Assembly (NCBI GenBank): GCA_051747585.1
Contig: JBNJGH010000056.1
Coordinates: 1-21,865 of the forward strand
Direction: 5' to 3'
Source: Candidatus Rifleibacteriota bacterium
GTDB lineage: Bacteria; Muiribacteriota; Ozemobacteria; Ozemobacterales; Ozemobacteraceae
Length of the DNA: 21,865 nt
Both the position numbers and the translations under genes were made by a program. This document shows, in pieces, positions 1 to 7,970 of this stretch. The number at the start of each line of letters is the position of its first letter. Position 1 is the first letter of the stretch. Below the pieces are notes generated by a model. It did no database searches, was not told where the DNA came from, and saw only the letters and a program-made list of their open reading frames with translations.

Positions 1-2
1 TA

Positions 3-660
3 GATTGCTTCGTCACATTCGTTCCTCGCAATGACGTCTTGTGTGGTCTCTGAGCGGAGTCGAAGAGACCCTGTAACCATCCATTGGTCATTTCGACTAA
101 CGCTCAATGACCAGTAATCGGCTGCTCAATGACCGTTTTATCTGTTGGTTGAGCGTTAGTCGCACTGGGGCACTTTGTATCCTCATGTGCCCCAGTATTA
201 GGGCATCCTGCCCGTCAAAACCACCAGTTCACGCCAACTCGGTCATTTCGACGCTTCGACTTCGCTCAGCGCATCGCTCCGCTCAATGACCTAAAGGTAT
301 GTTATTGCGAGGAGGTGTAGGGCAGATCGGCTGATCTGACCCGAAGCCGACGAAGCAATCGCTTTTTCGATAAGCGAGACCCGATATCGATAGCGACCCC
401 GAAAAACGGCCCGTCATTCCTGACAAGCGTAGCGCGATCAGGAATCCAGAATAATCGTCGTTTATGTTATTAACAAATATAAGCCGGAAGCTATAATAAA
501 AGGTATCTGCACAATCGGTATATTTGCTCTAACCCTGGATGCCTGCTTGCGCAGGCATGACGGTTCATTACGTTATCCTGATCCTAATCGATTTAAATGT
601 TGAATTTTCGATTGCGATTACTGCTTCGACAGGGCTTCGAAGGACAAGCCTCGGGCAGGA
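3..660. repeat. Intergenic cluster of short palindromic REP/RPE-like repeats of at least three families, some nested
   Basis: Family TGAGCG-N2-3-GTCGAA (or its reverse complement) inside short inverted flanks at 45-70, 86-112, 146-223, 241-291 and probably 621-658. Family GATTGCTTCGTC..CCTCGCAATGAC at 3-35 with a reverse-complement copy at 301-360. Inverted pair CCGTCATTCCTGA..TCAGGAATCCAG (411-449) / CTGGATGCCTGC..GCAGGCATGACGG (535-563). Confidence 0.85.
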
Positions 661-667
661 AGTGTTA

Positions 668-878
668 AACCACAGAGATCACAAAGAACACAGAGAAACT
701 TTTTCAGTCAGGGATTGTCCGTTTGGACAATCCGCCGGCGGTTTTCACCGCCGGACTTTCCCGGTAACAATAAACCTTTAGAAAAACACTGGTGCTTTTC
801 TAAAGGTATATTGTTACCGGGAATACTGGCTGAAAACGATTAAAAAATCATCTCGGTGCCCTCTGAGCTCTCTGTGGT
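668..878. mobile_element. ~210-bp non-autonomous composite palindromic element (MITE/REPIN-like), copy 1
   Basis: Terminal inverted arms built of three ~9-bp units (ACCACAGAG 669-677 / CTCTGTGGT 870-878). Inner inverted repeat TTTTCAGTCAG 701-711 / CTGGCTGAAAA 826-836 encloses hairpins at 712-733, 735-754 and 758-823. Related copy at 14129-14338. Mobility is inferred from the dispersed copies. Confidence 0.7.
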
Positions 879-955
879 GAAATTTCAATTTCGTTACATT
901 AGTTGGCTAACGATAGTTAAAGGCGAAGGGGTCTTGTTGCCTTCAGGAAATGTAT

Positions 956-1558
956 TCAGCCTTTGAATTTGTCGGCGACGAGGAACACCTCTCGGCTTCG
1001 ACTCAGCGAAGCTTTGGGGTTTACAGATTTGGCAAAGGAAAACATTTTTTTTGCCCGATCTAACAGCTCTTTGTATTCTGAGCCTTCAAAAACCTTTGCC
1101 ACAAAGCTTCCTCCGGGTTTAAGCAGTTTCTCGGCCATATCAAGTGCCAGATGAACCAACTGGGCAGAGTTTTCTGTGTCTGCATGATGAACCCCGGTGG
1201 TATCAGGTGCCATGTCGCTTAAAATCAGGTCGACCTTGCCGCCGGCCAGTTCGGTAATCTGGTTTTGATTAGCCTCATCTCGTATGTCGCCTTTGATAAT
1301 TTCGACTTTGCTTATGGGATCGATCTCAAGAAGATCGATAGCAATTATTTTTGCTTTGCCTTTTGCTTTTCGTTGTGCATACTGCGACCAACTGCCCGGA
1401 GCAGCCCCAAGATCGAGAATTTTTTGTCCCGGCTTGATTAACCGGTATTTTTTATCAATTTCTTCGAGCTTGTAAGCTGCTCTTGAACGGTAGTTTTCGC
1501 CTCTTGATTTCTTTAAATAATGATCATTGAGGCGGTTTTTATACCAGGCTTTGGCCAT
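956..1558 (-). CDS. rlmE: 23S rRNA (uridine-2552-2'-O)-methyltransferase RlmE/FtsJ
   Basis: YRSRAAYKL, SAM-binding LDLGAAPGSWSQ, SDMAP, KVF and SREVF motifs supply the K-D-K-E tetrad; 200 aa. Confidence 0.95.
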   Translation of the reverse strand: MAKAWYKNRLNDHYLKKSRGENYRSRAAYKLEEIDKKYRLIKPGQKILDLGAAPGSWSQYAQRKAKGKAKIIAIDLLEIDPISKVEIIKGDIRDEANQNQITELAGGKVDLILSDMAPDTTGVHHADTENSAQLVHLALDMAEKLLKPGGSFVAKVFEGSEYKELLDRAKKMFSFAKSVNPKASLSRSREVFLVADKFKG

Positions 1559-3214
1559 TCAGTTTGTTCTTTCTGAGCTTAATTTAGTATTGATCAAACG
1601 TTTTTGCGGATAGGCTTTTATTTCTTTTTTTGCTTTTATATAATTAATCAGTGCGTCTCTAACCAGAATATCCGATTTTACCCGATCCGTAATTTTTTTC
1701 AGATTGGTAAAACCATCTCCGCCATTAGCTACAAAATCACTGATAGCAACTTTGTATTTTTTAGAATGGATGATCTTATTGCCGTCAAGATCTGTTACCG
1801 AGATAATTCTATTCATTGGCTCGCGAGATGGATCAAAAGTTATTTTAAGATTAGAAGGATGAAGATATCCGTAATCAGGACCGACAACCCGTCTGAGTCC
1901 ATCTGCCTTGATGTGGTAATGTTTGGTTACATATTGTCTGTCTTCTTCGTTCATGGGCCTGAATTCATTTGAAAGAAATCGTTCTATTAAATCGATAAGC
2001 TGCGTACCAGTCATGTTTAAAGTGAAAATTTTATTATTAAAAGGCTGAACCAGAAATGCATCGCCTACGGTAATCTTACCGGCAAAAATCGGGTTTCTTA
2101 TTCCTCCAAAATTGATGAAAGCAAAGTCGGAATTAACTGCATGACTCATGGCATCGGCTATAAATGAACCTTCGGGAGAATCTCCGCCGTTGACGCCCCG
2201 GTGCAAGTCTATCTCGGAATAACCTATTACTCTGGCCATTTTTTTGCGGATTTCTTCGAGATACTGGTCTTCAAGTTCAAGTATTTGTTTATCCTGGCCA
2301 ATTTCATCAACATAGAGTGGCCGTATCTCAGCGTCCAGGGTGCTGCTGCCATCATCGTCAAGAACTACTTTAACAACAGTTGCATGTTCCAGAGAGGAGC
2401 CGGGATGAATCAAGGCAGTGTTACAGGGGCCAACCCAGTCGGCTTTAGTTGAGACGGTGTGGCTATGACCACCAAGAACCAGATCGATTCCTTCAACCTT
2501 TTCGAGAAATTTAAGGTCGGCCTCATAACCAAGGTGTGACAATAGTATAATATAATCTACTTCTGCCATTCGCATATTTTTTACCAGATCTTTAACTATA
2601 GAAACGGGATCCAGAAAAATTAGATCTTTAATGTTCTTTTCGACAGAAATGCTTGGTGTTTCAGGGGAATCGATGCCTATAACACCAATTTTAAAGCCTT
2701 TATGGGAAAAAACCAGATAGGGTTTGGCATAAGAGGCGAGTTTCTGAGTTTCTTTTTCGATTAGATTACAGCACACAATCGGAAATTTCTTGTGCTGCAT
2801 TTGTTTTAATAATGTTTGATAGGTGTAGTCGAATTCATGATTGCCAAGGGTTGCGGCATCGAGCCCAAGGTGATTGAACATGTCGATCATTACTTTTCCT
2901 TTGGTTTTATCGACTACCGGAGTGCCCTGAAAATAATCGCCGCTGTCGAAATAGAAAAATCTTGCGTTAAAATTTTCGGGCCTGGATTTGTAAGAATCCA
3001 TTAATGCCTTTAAAGTAGAAAAACCACCCATTAAAGGTTTGGGTTTCTCTTGAGAAGTTGGGTCAGGATGGGCTGAAATTGCTCCATGAATGTCGCTTGT
3101 ATGAAAAATAACTATCTCGGCAGTGCGGCCAAAAACCGAAAGCGGCAAAAGAACCAATAGTGCCAGGACAAAAATGCGTAATTGTAGCTTTTTAAAATCT
3201 GTGACTTTATTCAT
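1559..3214 (-). CDS. Secreted bifunctional 5'-nucleotidase / UDP-sugar hydrolase family metallophosphoesterase (UshA-like)
   Basis: Signal peptide; HTSDIHG, DSGDYFQG, LGNHEFD, LSHLG and GGHSH motifs; C-terminal domain with NFGGIR, PFNN and FVANGGDGF; AGGAG RBS. Its stop codon abuts the rlmE ATG. Confidence 0.92.
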   Translation of the reverse strand: MNKVTDFKKLQLRIFVLALLVLLPLSVFGRTAEIVIFHTSDIHGAISAHPDPTSQEKPKPLMGGFSTLKALMDSYKSRPENFNARFFYFDSGDYFQGTPVVDKTKGKVMIDMFNHLGLDAATLGNHEFDYTYQTLLKQMQHKKFPIVCCNLIEKETQKLASYAKPYLVFSHKGFKIGVIGIDSPETPSISVEKNIKDLIFLDPVSIVKDLVKNMRMAEVDYIILLSHLGYEADLKFLEKVEGIDLVLGGHSHTVSTKADWVGPCNTALIHPGSSLEHATVVKVVLDDDGSSTLDAEIRPLYVDEIGQDKQILELEDQYLEEIRKKMARVIGYSEIDLHRGVNGGDSPEGSFIADAMSHAVNSDFAFINFGGIRNPIFAGKITVGDAFLVQPFNNKIFTLNMTGTQLIDLIERFLSNEFRPMNEEDRQYVTKHYHIKADGLRRVVGPDYGYLHPSNLKITFDPSREPMNRIISVTDLDGNKIIHSKKYKVAISDFVANGGDGFTNLKKITDRVKSDILVRDALINYIKAKKEIKAYPQKRLINTKLSSERTN

Positions 3215-3235
3215 CTGGTTTGACTCCTGTTGTTA

Positions 3236-3487
3236 CTATTTTTCTTCTTGTTCTTCCATTACAAGTTCAATGTGATTTTTATTGATACTTATAAAATTTG
3301 ATTGCTCAATTTTTCCTGTGTCTAAATCAGTTATATCAGCATCGATTATTGGTAGAAAATCTTTTGATAAGTTTTCTGTATTTAAAATATCACTTAATCT
3401 GCTGTTTTCATAAAGGTGAATTTTTCCGTTAATTTTGTGTTTTGAGGTAAAAATTGTTACCCGCAACATTTCGTTTTTTTGTTCCAT
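3236..3487 (-). CDS. Small conserved hypothetical protein (resembles DUF6812-type beta-rich proteins)
   Basis: 83 aa, AGGAG upstream, fills the gap between operon genes. Pattern TxxHKIxGxIHL..RLSDxLN..FLPxxDA..NKxxI recalled from that family. Confidence 0.7.
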   Translation of the reverse strand: MEQKNEMLRVTIFTSKHKINGKIHLYENSRLSDILNTENLSKDFLPIIDADITDLDTGKIEQSNFISINKNHIELVMEEQEEK

Positions 3488-3521
3488 TTATTCATGCTCC
3501 TGAAAAAATATCAAAATTAGA

Positions 3522-4907
3522 TTAGATTTCTGCAAATCTTCCTTCGGCTTCTGCTAATACTGTGCCATCCGGTAATAGAACCGAAGCTCGGGCAAAATGT
3601 AAGTTTCGGCGCTGACCTACCCGGGTGGCAACAAATTTAAGTGGCACTCCAACCGGAGCCGGTCGAGCGAACCTGACTCTCATATCTGCGGTTACTGCCA
3701 TAATTGAATTGTTCATGACGGCATGAGCCATTGATTCATCCATCATGGTGCTTAAAATGCCACCATGAACAATGCCCGCATAGCCTTGAAAAGCGGGGCC
3801 GGGGGTCCAGGTGAAATTGCAGGTATTGTCTTTGACCGATTCCTTCATGGGAATATGCAGGCCAATTTTATTATTGGTGCCACAAACAAAGCAATGATTG
3901 TTGTCAATAAGGTTTAAACCATTTGCATTGCGTTTCTCTATTATAGATCTTGTAGCATTTAGCGCTTTTGTTAAAGCGGGTCGATTAATCGCTGCGGGTG
4001 TGCAGAAAGTGCCTCGTTCAAAAAGGGCAATGTTGGATTTTTCCAGTCGTGCTTTCATTGTATCAAAGCTTGGAACTTCTAATTCTTCATAAGAAGGATC
4101 ACCAGTTACAATAGGGACTGAGCCCAGGTCATTCAGACCATGGTCTGCAAGAGCAGGATAGCGGAAAAACAGGTAAGGTGGCACCGAAAGATGATGAACC
4201 GGAAAAGCTTCCTTTGCTTTTTCGACAGCCCGGCTGACCGATTCGAAAGGCAGGGGCGGTCGTTGATTCATTGTACAGTTTTCGGTTGGCTGAAAAGGCA
4301 CAATTCTTACATCTTGAAGATATGGGTCTGCAGTGCAATATCGGCCAATCTCTTCGATAAATTCGAGGCGGTCTTCTTCTGTTTCGCCGATTCCGATTAC
4401 AAAGCCGGCTGAGTAAGGGACACCGGCTTTATGAAGGGACTCAATGGCAGCTTTTCCGCCGCTCGGATTTCGGCCTCTGGCCTTCTCGAGGGCCTGGCCG
4501 GGCTTGGAAAGCGAAGCACAAACCAGATTTACTCTGATCAAGCAGCCTGCATCGACAAATTTTTCTGCGGTAAATTCATCGATATAGCCAACTGATAAAA
4601 CCGGCATAAGATTATAGTTAAGCGCAATTTCACATGCCGCCAGCAGGTAATCGTTAAACGAGGAAAAGCCGTTTCGATGAAGTTCAATCTGAATATGTGG
4701 GTATTCCTGGGGGGTCTCACCGGCAACAAGAACCACTTCGGTTGCGTTATGTTCGGCAATATTTTTCAGCTGTTGTTTAAGCTCTTCAATCGGTAATAAC
4801 GCAGCTTCCTCGCGAAAAAAAGAACAGTATCCGCACCTTTGGTGGCATGTTCGGGTTAATGCAACAAATGAACTGAATATATATGTTATGGATGCGCTTT
4901 TATTCAT
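3522..4907 (-). CDS. Divergent CofG-like (FO synthase subunit 1-like) radical SAM protein fused to a C-terminal PaaI/hotdog thioesterase
   Basis: LTRTCHQRCGYCSF (CxxxCxxC), GETP, GFVIGIGET and GLNDLG blocks are colinear with CofG. C-terminal ~130 aa has CFVCGxNNxxGL, FQGYxGIVHGG, MDE and VRFxRPxP. Confidence 0.85.
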   Translation of the reverse strand: MNKSASITYIFSSFVALTRTCHQRCGYCSFFREEAALLPIEELKQQLKNIAEHNATEVVLVAGETPQEYPHIQIELHRNGFSSFNDYLLAACEIALNYNLMPVLSVGYIDEFTAEKFVDAGCLIRVNLVCASLSKPGQALEKARGRNPSGGKAAIESLHKAGVPYSAGFVIGIGETEEDRLEFIEEIGRYCTADPYLQDVRIVPFQPTENCTMNQRPPLPFESVSRAVEKAKEAFPVHHLSVPPYLFFRYPALADHGLNDLGSVPIVTGDPSYEELEVPSFDTMKARLEKSNIALFERGTFCTPAAINRPALTKALNATRSIIEKRNANGLNLIDNNHCFVCGTNNKIGLHIPMKESVKDNTCNFTWTPGPAFQGYAGIVHGGILSTMMDESMAHAVMNNSIMAVTADMRVRFARPAPVGVPLKFVATRVGQRRNLHFARASVLLPDGTVLAEAEGRFAEI

Positions 4908-4914
4908 GACAATA

Positions 4915-4942
4915 AGATTACCATAACCCCCCGGAAAATCAA
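4915..4942 (-). promoter_or_regulatory. Putative sigma70 promoter for the radical SAM-rlmE operon (probably leaderless)
   Basis: Minus strand TTGATT-N16-TAATCT with extended TGn; ATG lies 7 nt after the -10; no Shine-Dalgarno. Confidence 0.5.
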
Positions 4943-4980
4943 AAAAGAAAAATTTAAGAGAAAAGACTTGGAAAAAAAGC

Positions 4981-5008
4981 GGAACTTTTGTTAGTAAACT
5001 GTGTCTAT
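4981..5008 (+). promoter_or_regulatory. Putative sigmaE/ECF-type promoter upstream of the moxR/bat operon
   Basis: GGAACTT (4981-4987)-N16-TCTAT (5004-5008), matching the RpoE consensus GGAACTT-N16-TCnAA; GGAGG RBS at 5027-5031. Confidence 0.55.
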
Positions 5009-5037
5009 ATTTATTGAAAACAAAATGGAGGTAAACT

Positions 5038-6030
5038 TTGTATTGCTCATCAAGGGGAAAACAAACCTTTTTAGCTATATTAACTTTATTTTTGCTGGGA
5101 GCAACCGCTCTTTATGCGCAGTATGAAATAAAAGCCGAAGTTGACCGAACAGAGGTCGCATTCGGTGAAGCCCTTACTCTGGCCGTAACGATCACCCAGG
5201 AACTCGGTGCCGGCGGTAATGTGCGCATGATGACCCCCAACATCGAGCAGATACCTGGATTTGATATTGCTTCCAGTAGATCTAATCAAAGCACCCGATT
5301 TATTAACAATTATGGCTATGCAAGGAATCAAATCGTATTTGAGTTGGTTCCAAGAGAGCCGGGCAAGAAAACTATTCCGGCCATAAGTTTTAAAGACCCG
5401 GAAGGGAAAATGCACAGTACCGACCCAATAGAAATAACAGTTCTTCCATCAGAAAAAACAGAACAAGAGCCAGAAGATAAAACGGAAACAAAAGACGAAA
5501 AAGAATCCGGCGGGTATTTGTTTAAAGGATTATTAATAGCAGGAATTGTTTTCGTTTTTTTGATCGCCATACCCTTTGTTCTTTCGAGTTTCTTTTCTAA
5601 TAACAAAGAATCCTCAGTCGCTGAGATAGAACAAACGTCTGATTCTATTAAATCAGCAGTCACTGAAGCCGAGATTATCGAAGAAAAAGTCAAAAATATA
5701 GTGCCAGATAAAAAATATTTTGATTTTAGTGCAGAATTGGCTGAATTGAAAAAAAGATACCAGGAGTTTGATAAAGAATTTTGCGGTGAATACTTTGCCT
5801 TGTTTAAAAAGGCTGCTGTTAATAAAAATAGTGCTTTAAGCAAAGATATGACCCCCGATGAGTTGATGAAAAAAATCACTGAACTCAGCGATTCAAAAGG
5901 GGTAAAAGAAGCAGGACAAAAACTGGCAATAGATATTGAAATGGTTATGTATGCCGGGCAGAAACCTGCACGGAATTTTAAAGCTATCGAAGAAGATGTC
6001 GGCCTGGTCTTGCGGGCAATTGAAGATTAA
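5038..6030 (+). CDS. batD: BatD-family membrane protein (single BatD Ig-like repeat, TM helix, C-terminal helical domain)
   Basis: TTG start with GGAGG; signal peptide; AEVDRTEVAFGEALTL..LVPREPGKKTIPAI..TDPIEITV repeat; TM LLIAGIVFVFLIAIPFVL; operon context. Confidence 0.75.
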   Translation: MYCSSRGKQTFLAILTLFLLGATALYAQYEIKAEVDRTEVAFGEALTLAVTITQELGAGGNVRMMTPNIEQIPGFDIASSRSNQSTRFINNYGYARNQIVFELVPREPGKKTIPAISFKDPEGKMHSTDPIEITVLPSEKTEQEPEDKTETKDEKESGGYLFKGLLIAGIVFVFLIAIPFVLSSFFSNNKESSVAEIEQTSDSIKSAVTEAEIIEEKVKNIVPDKKYFDFSAELAELKKRYQEFDKEFCGEYFALFKKAAVNKNSALSKDMTPDELMKKITELSDSKGVKEAGQKLAIDIEMVMYAGQKPARNFKAIEEDVGLVLRAIED

Positions 6031-6051
6031 TAATCTCCGGGAGAGTTTGAA

Positions 6052-7047
6052 ATGAATGAAAGTGCAGAACTTCAAAAAAGAGTTGAAACAGCGGGAATAA
6101 CTATTGAAAAAATCAGAGAGCAGGTGCGCAAAGTTCTGGTCGGTCAGAATGATCTGCTCGAAAGTTTGCTTGTGGCAATGGTAAGCGATGGGCATATATT
6201 GCTTGAGGGTGTTCCCGGGCTGGCAAAAACTTTAGCGATTAAAGCCTTGGCACGCACAGTTGAGACCGGTTTTTCCAGAATTCAGTTCACTCCAGATCTT
6301 TTGCCGGCTGACCTTATCGGCACCCGAGTTTTTGACCCGAAAACAACTGAGTTTCAGACTCATAAGGGCCCGATTTTTTCTAACTTTATTCTTGCAGATG
6401 AAATCAACAGAGCCCCGGCCAAGGTTCAAAGTGCTTTGCTCGAATCAATGGAAGAGCGGCAGGTTACGATTGAGCATGAAACATTCAAGCTCACAGAGCC
6501 ATTTCTGGTGCTGGCAACCCAAAACCCGATAGAAACAGAGGGTACCTATACTCTGAGTGAAGCCCAGGTAGACCGATTCCTTTTTAAGGTTGTAGTTTCT
6601 TACCCATCATTTGAAGAAGAGCGACAAATCGTTAAAATGATGGGACTTGAAGAAAAGAGTCATGGCATAGAAGCGGTTCAACCGGCTGTTGATGCAAATG
6701 ATGTAATCGCATTGCGAAAACTTGCCCGCGATATTTATGTAGATGAAAAAATTATTGAGTATATTTTGCGCCTGGTAGATGCTACCCGTAATCCTGAAGC
6801 TTACAATCTGGATTTAAAAGAATATATAAGGTTTGGCGCTTCTCCCCGTGCATCAATTTATCTGACCCACGCTGCACGCAGTTTGGCGATGATCAAAGGA
6901 AGAATATTTGTCAAGCCCGATGATGTTAAAGCGGTTTTACTTGAAATACTGCGACACCGGGTAATACCAACCTATGAAGCTGAAGCCGATGAAATTACTT
7001 CAGATGAGATAGTAAAAAGAATTCGTGACGGGGTTGCCGTTCCCTGA
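6052..7047 (+). CDS. moxR: MoxR-family AAA+ ATPase (MoxR-proper subfamily)
   Basis: Walker A GVPGLAKT, RIQFTPDLLPAD, Walker B LADEINRAPAKVQSALLE, ATQNPIE..EAQVDRF, GASPRA. Confidence 0.96.
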   Translation: MNESAELQKRVETAGITIEKIREQVRKVLVGQNDLLESLLVAMVSDGHILLEGVPGLAKTLAIKALARTVETGFSRIQFTPDLLPADLIGTRVFDPKTTEFQTHKGPIFSNFILADEINRAPAKVQSALLESMEERQVTIEHETFKLTEPFLVLATQNPIETEGTYTLSEAQVDRFLFKVVVSYPSFEEERQIVKMMGLEEKSHGIEAVQPAVDANDVIALRKLARDIYVDEKIIEYILRLVDATRNPEAYNLDLKEYIRFGASPRASIYLTHAARSLAMIKGRIFVKPDDVKAVLLEILRHRVIPTYEAEADEITSDEIVKRIRDGVAVP

Positions 7048-7063
7048 GGAGTAAATAAAGTCT

Positions 7064-7954
7064 ATGTTGCCTAAAGAGCTTTTGAAAGAAGTTAGACGAA
7101 TTGAGATAAAAACCAGAAATCTGGTTGATTCTCTCTACGCTGGTGGATATCGTTCCATGTTCAAAGGGCGTGGTATAGAATTTGCCGGAATCCGCCAATA
7201 TTATCGGGGCGATGAATTTAAGTCTATAGACTGGAAAGTCAGCGCTCGCTCCGGTGAGTTCCATGTTCGAGAACATATTGAAGAGCGAGAACTTCAGGTA
7301 GTGGTGGCTCTTGATTTGTCTGCCTCTATGGAATTTGGCTCGGGCAATAGAGAAAAACGAGAGAGCGCGGTAGAATTTGCTGCTGCTATGAGTATGGCAG
7401 CCGAAAAAAATAATGACAGGGTAGGGGCTTGTCTTTTTACCGATGAAGTTGAAAAATTTATTGTTCCGGCCAAGGGAAAAACGCATATTTTAAGACTTAT
7501 TCGTGATTTGCTTTATTTTGTTCCGAAAAGAAAAAAAACAGACCTGCGTTCTGCTTTAAATTTTTTAAATGCAACCATTGGTCGCAGATCGGTTATTTTT
7601 CTGGTAACAGATGCTATTAACATTGCCGCAATTGATCGTGAGCTGCGGGTAACTGCAGCTAAACACGATTTTGTTCTTGTGCTCTTAAGAGACCCGCGTG
7701 AACATGAAATACCGGATATCGGACTCATAGAGATAGAAGACCCTGAAACCGGACACGAAATATTGTTCGATACTTCTGACCGTCGGGCAGTTGAAGAATT
7801 ATTACAAAAACGTATAAAGGCAGAAAAAGAGCTTTTACAGAGGTGCGGTAAGCTTGGCATTGATCATATCGAATTGATGGCCGGGGAATCGGTTGTTAAA
7901 TCTATTTGTCGCTTGTTTGCCGAGCGCGAAAAGCGCATCAGTCTTATTAAATAA
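7064..7954 (+). CDS. DUF58 domain protein (MoxR-associated)
   Basis: GGYRSMFKGRGIEF, RQYYRGDE..IDWKVSAR, EERE, DLSASM, DRVG; directly after moxR. Confidence 0.92.
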   Translation: MLPKELLKEVRRIEIKTRNLVDSLYAGGYRSMFKGRGIEFAGIRQYYRGDEFKSIDWKVSARSGEFHVREHIEERELQVVVALDLSASMEFGSGNREKRESAVEFAAAMSMAAEKNNDRVGACLFTDEVEKFIVPAKGKTHILRLIRDLLYFVPKRKKTDLRSALNFLNATIGRRSVIFLVTDAINIAAIDRELRVTAAKHDFVLVLLRDPREHEIPDIGLIEIEDPETGHEILFDTSDRRAVEELLQKRIKAEKELLQRCGKLGIDHIELMAGESVVKSICRLFAEREKRISLIK

Positions 7955-7970
7955 TTTAGAAGAGGTGGTT

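Noticed and set aside
107..289. 60-aa ORF
   Set aside because: Made entirely of palindromic repeats; no RBS or recognisable domain.
539..781. 80-aa ORF (MPACAGMT..NHRDHKEHRE)
   Set aside because: Translation of repeat arms. Similarity to the 14075 ORF is limited to the repeat frame and ends where the core is inverted.
701..836. tRNA-like cloverleaf or known riboswitch
   Set aside because: Three hairpins on a closing stem, but no D/T-loop consensus or CCA, one arm is 32 bp, and it lies 3' of genes. I cannot match it to a known Rfam family without a search.
1..880. Possible CRISPR array or integron attC array
   Set aside because: Repeats belong to several families, lie in both orientations and are irregularly spaced; there are no constant-length spacers, cassette ORFs, cas genes or integrase.
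3522..4907. Assigning the symbol cofG
   Set aside because: Key motifs are altered, a thioesterase is fused and no cofH is nearby, so orthology is not supportable from sequence alone.
5328..5879. 183-aa antisense ORF
   Set aside because: Lies opposite the batD-like gene; no motifs; shadow ORF.
7893..7970. Longer start for the TPR/parvulin-like gene
   Set aside because: It overlaps DUF58 by 62 nt; ATG 7971 has a proper RBS.
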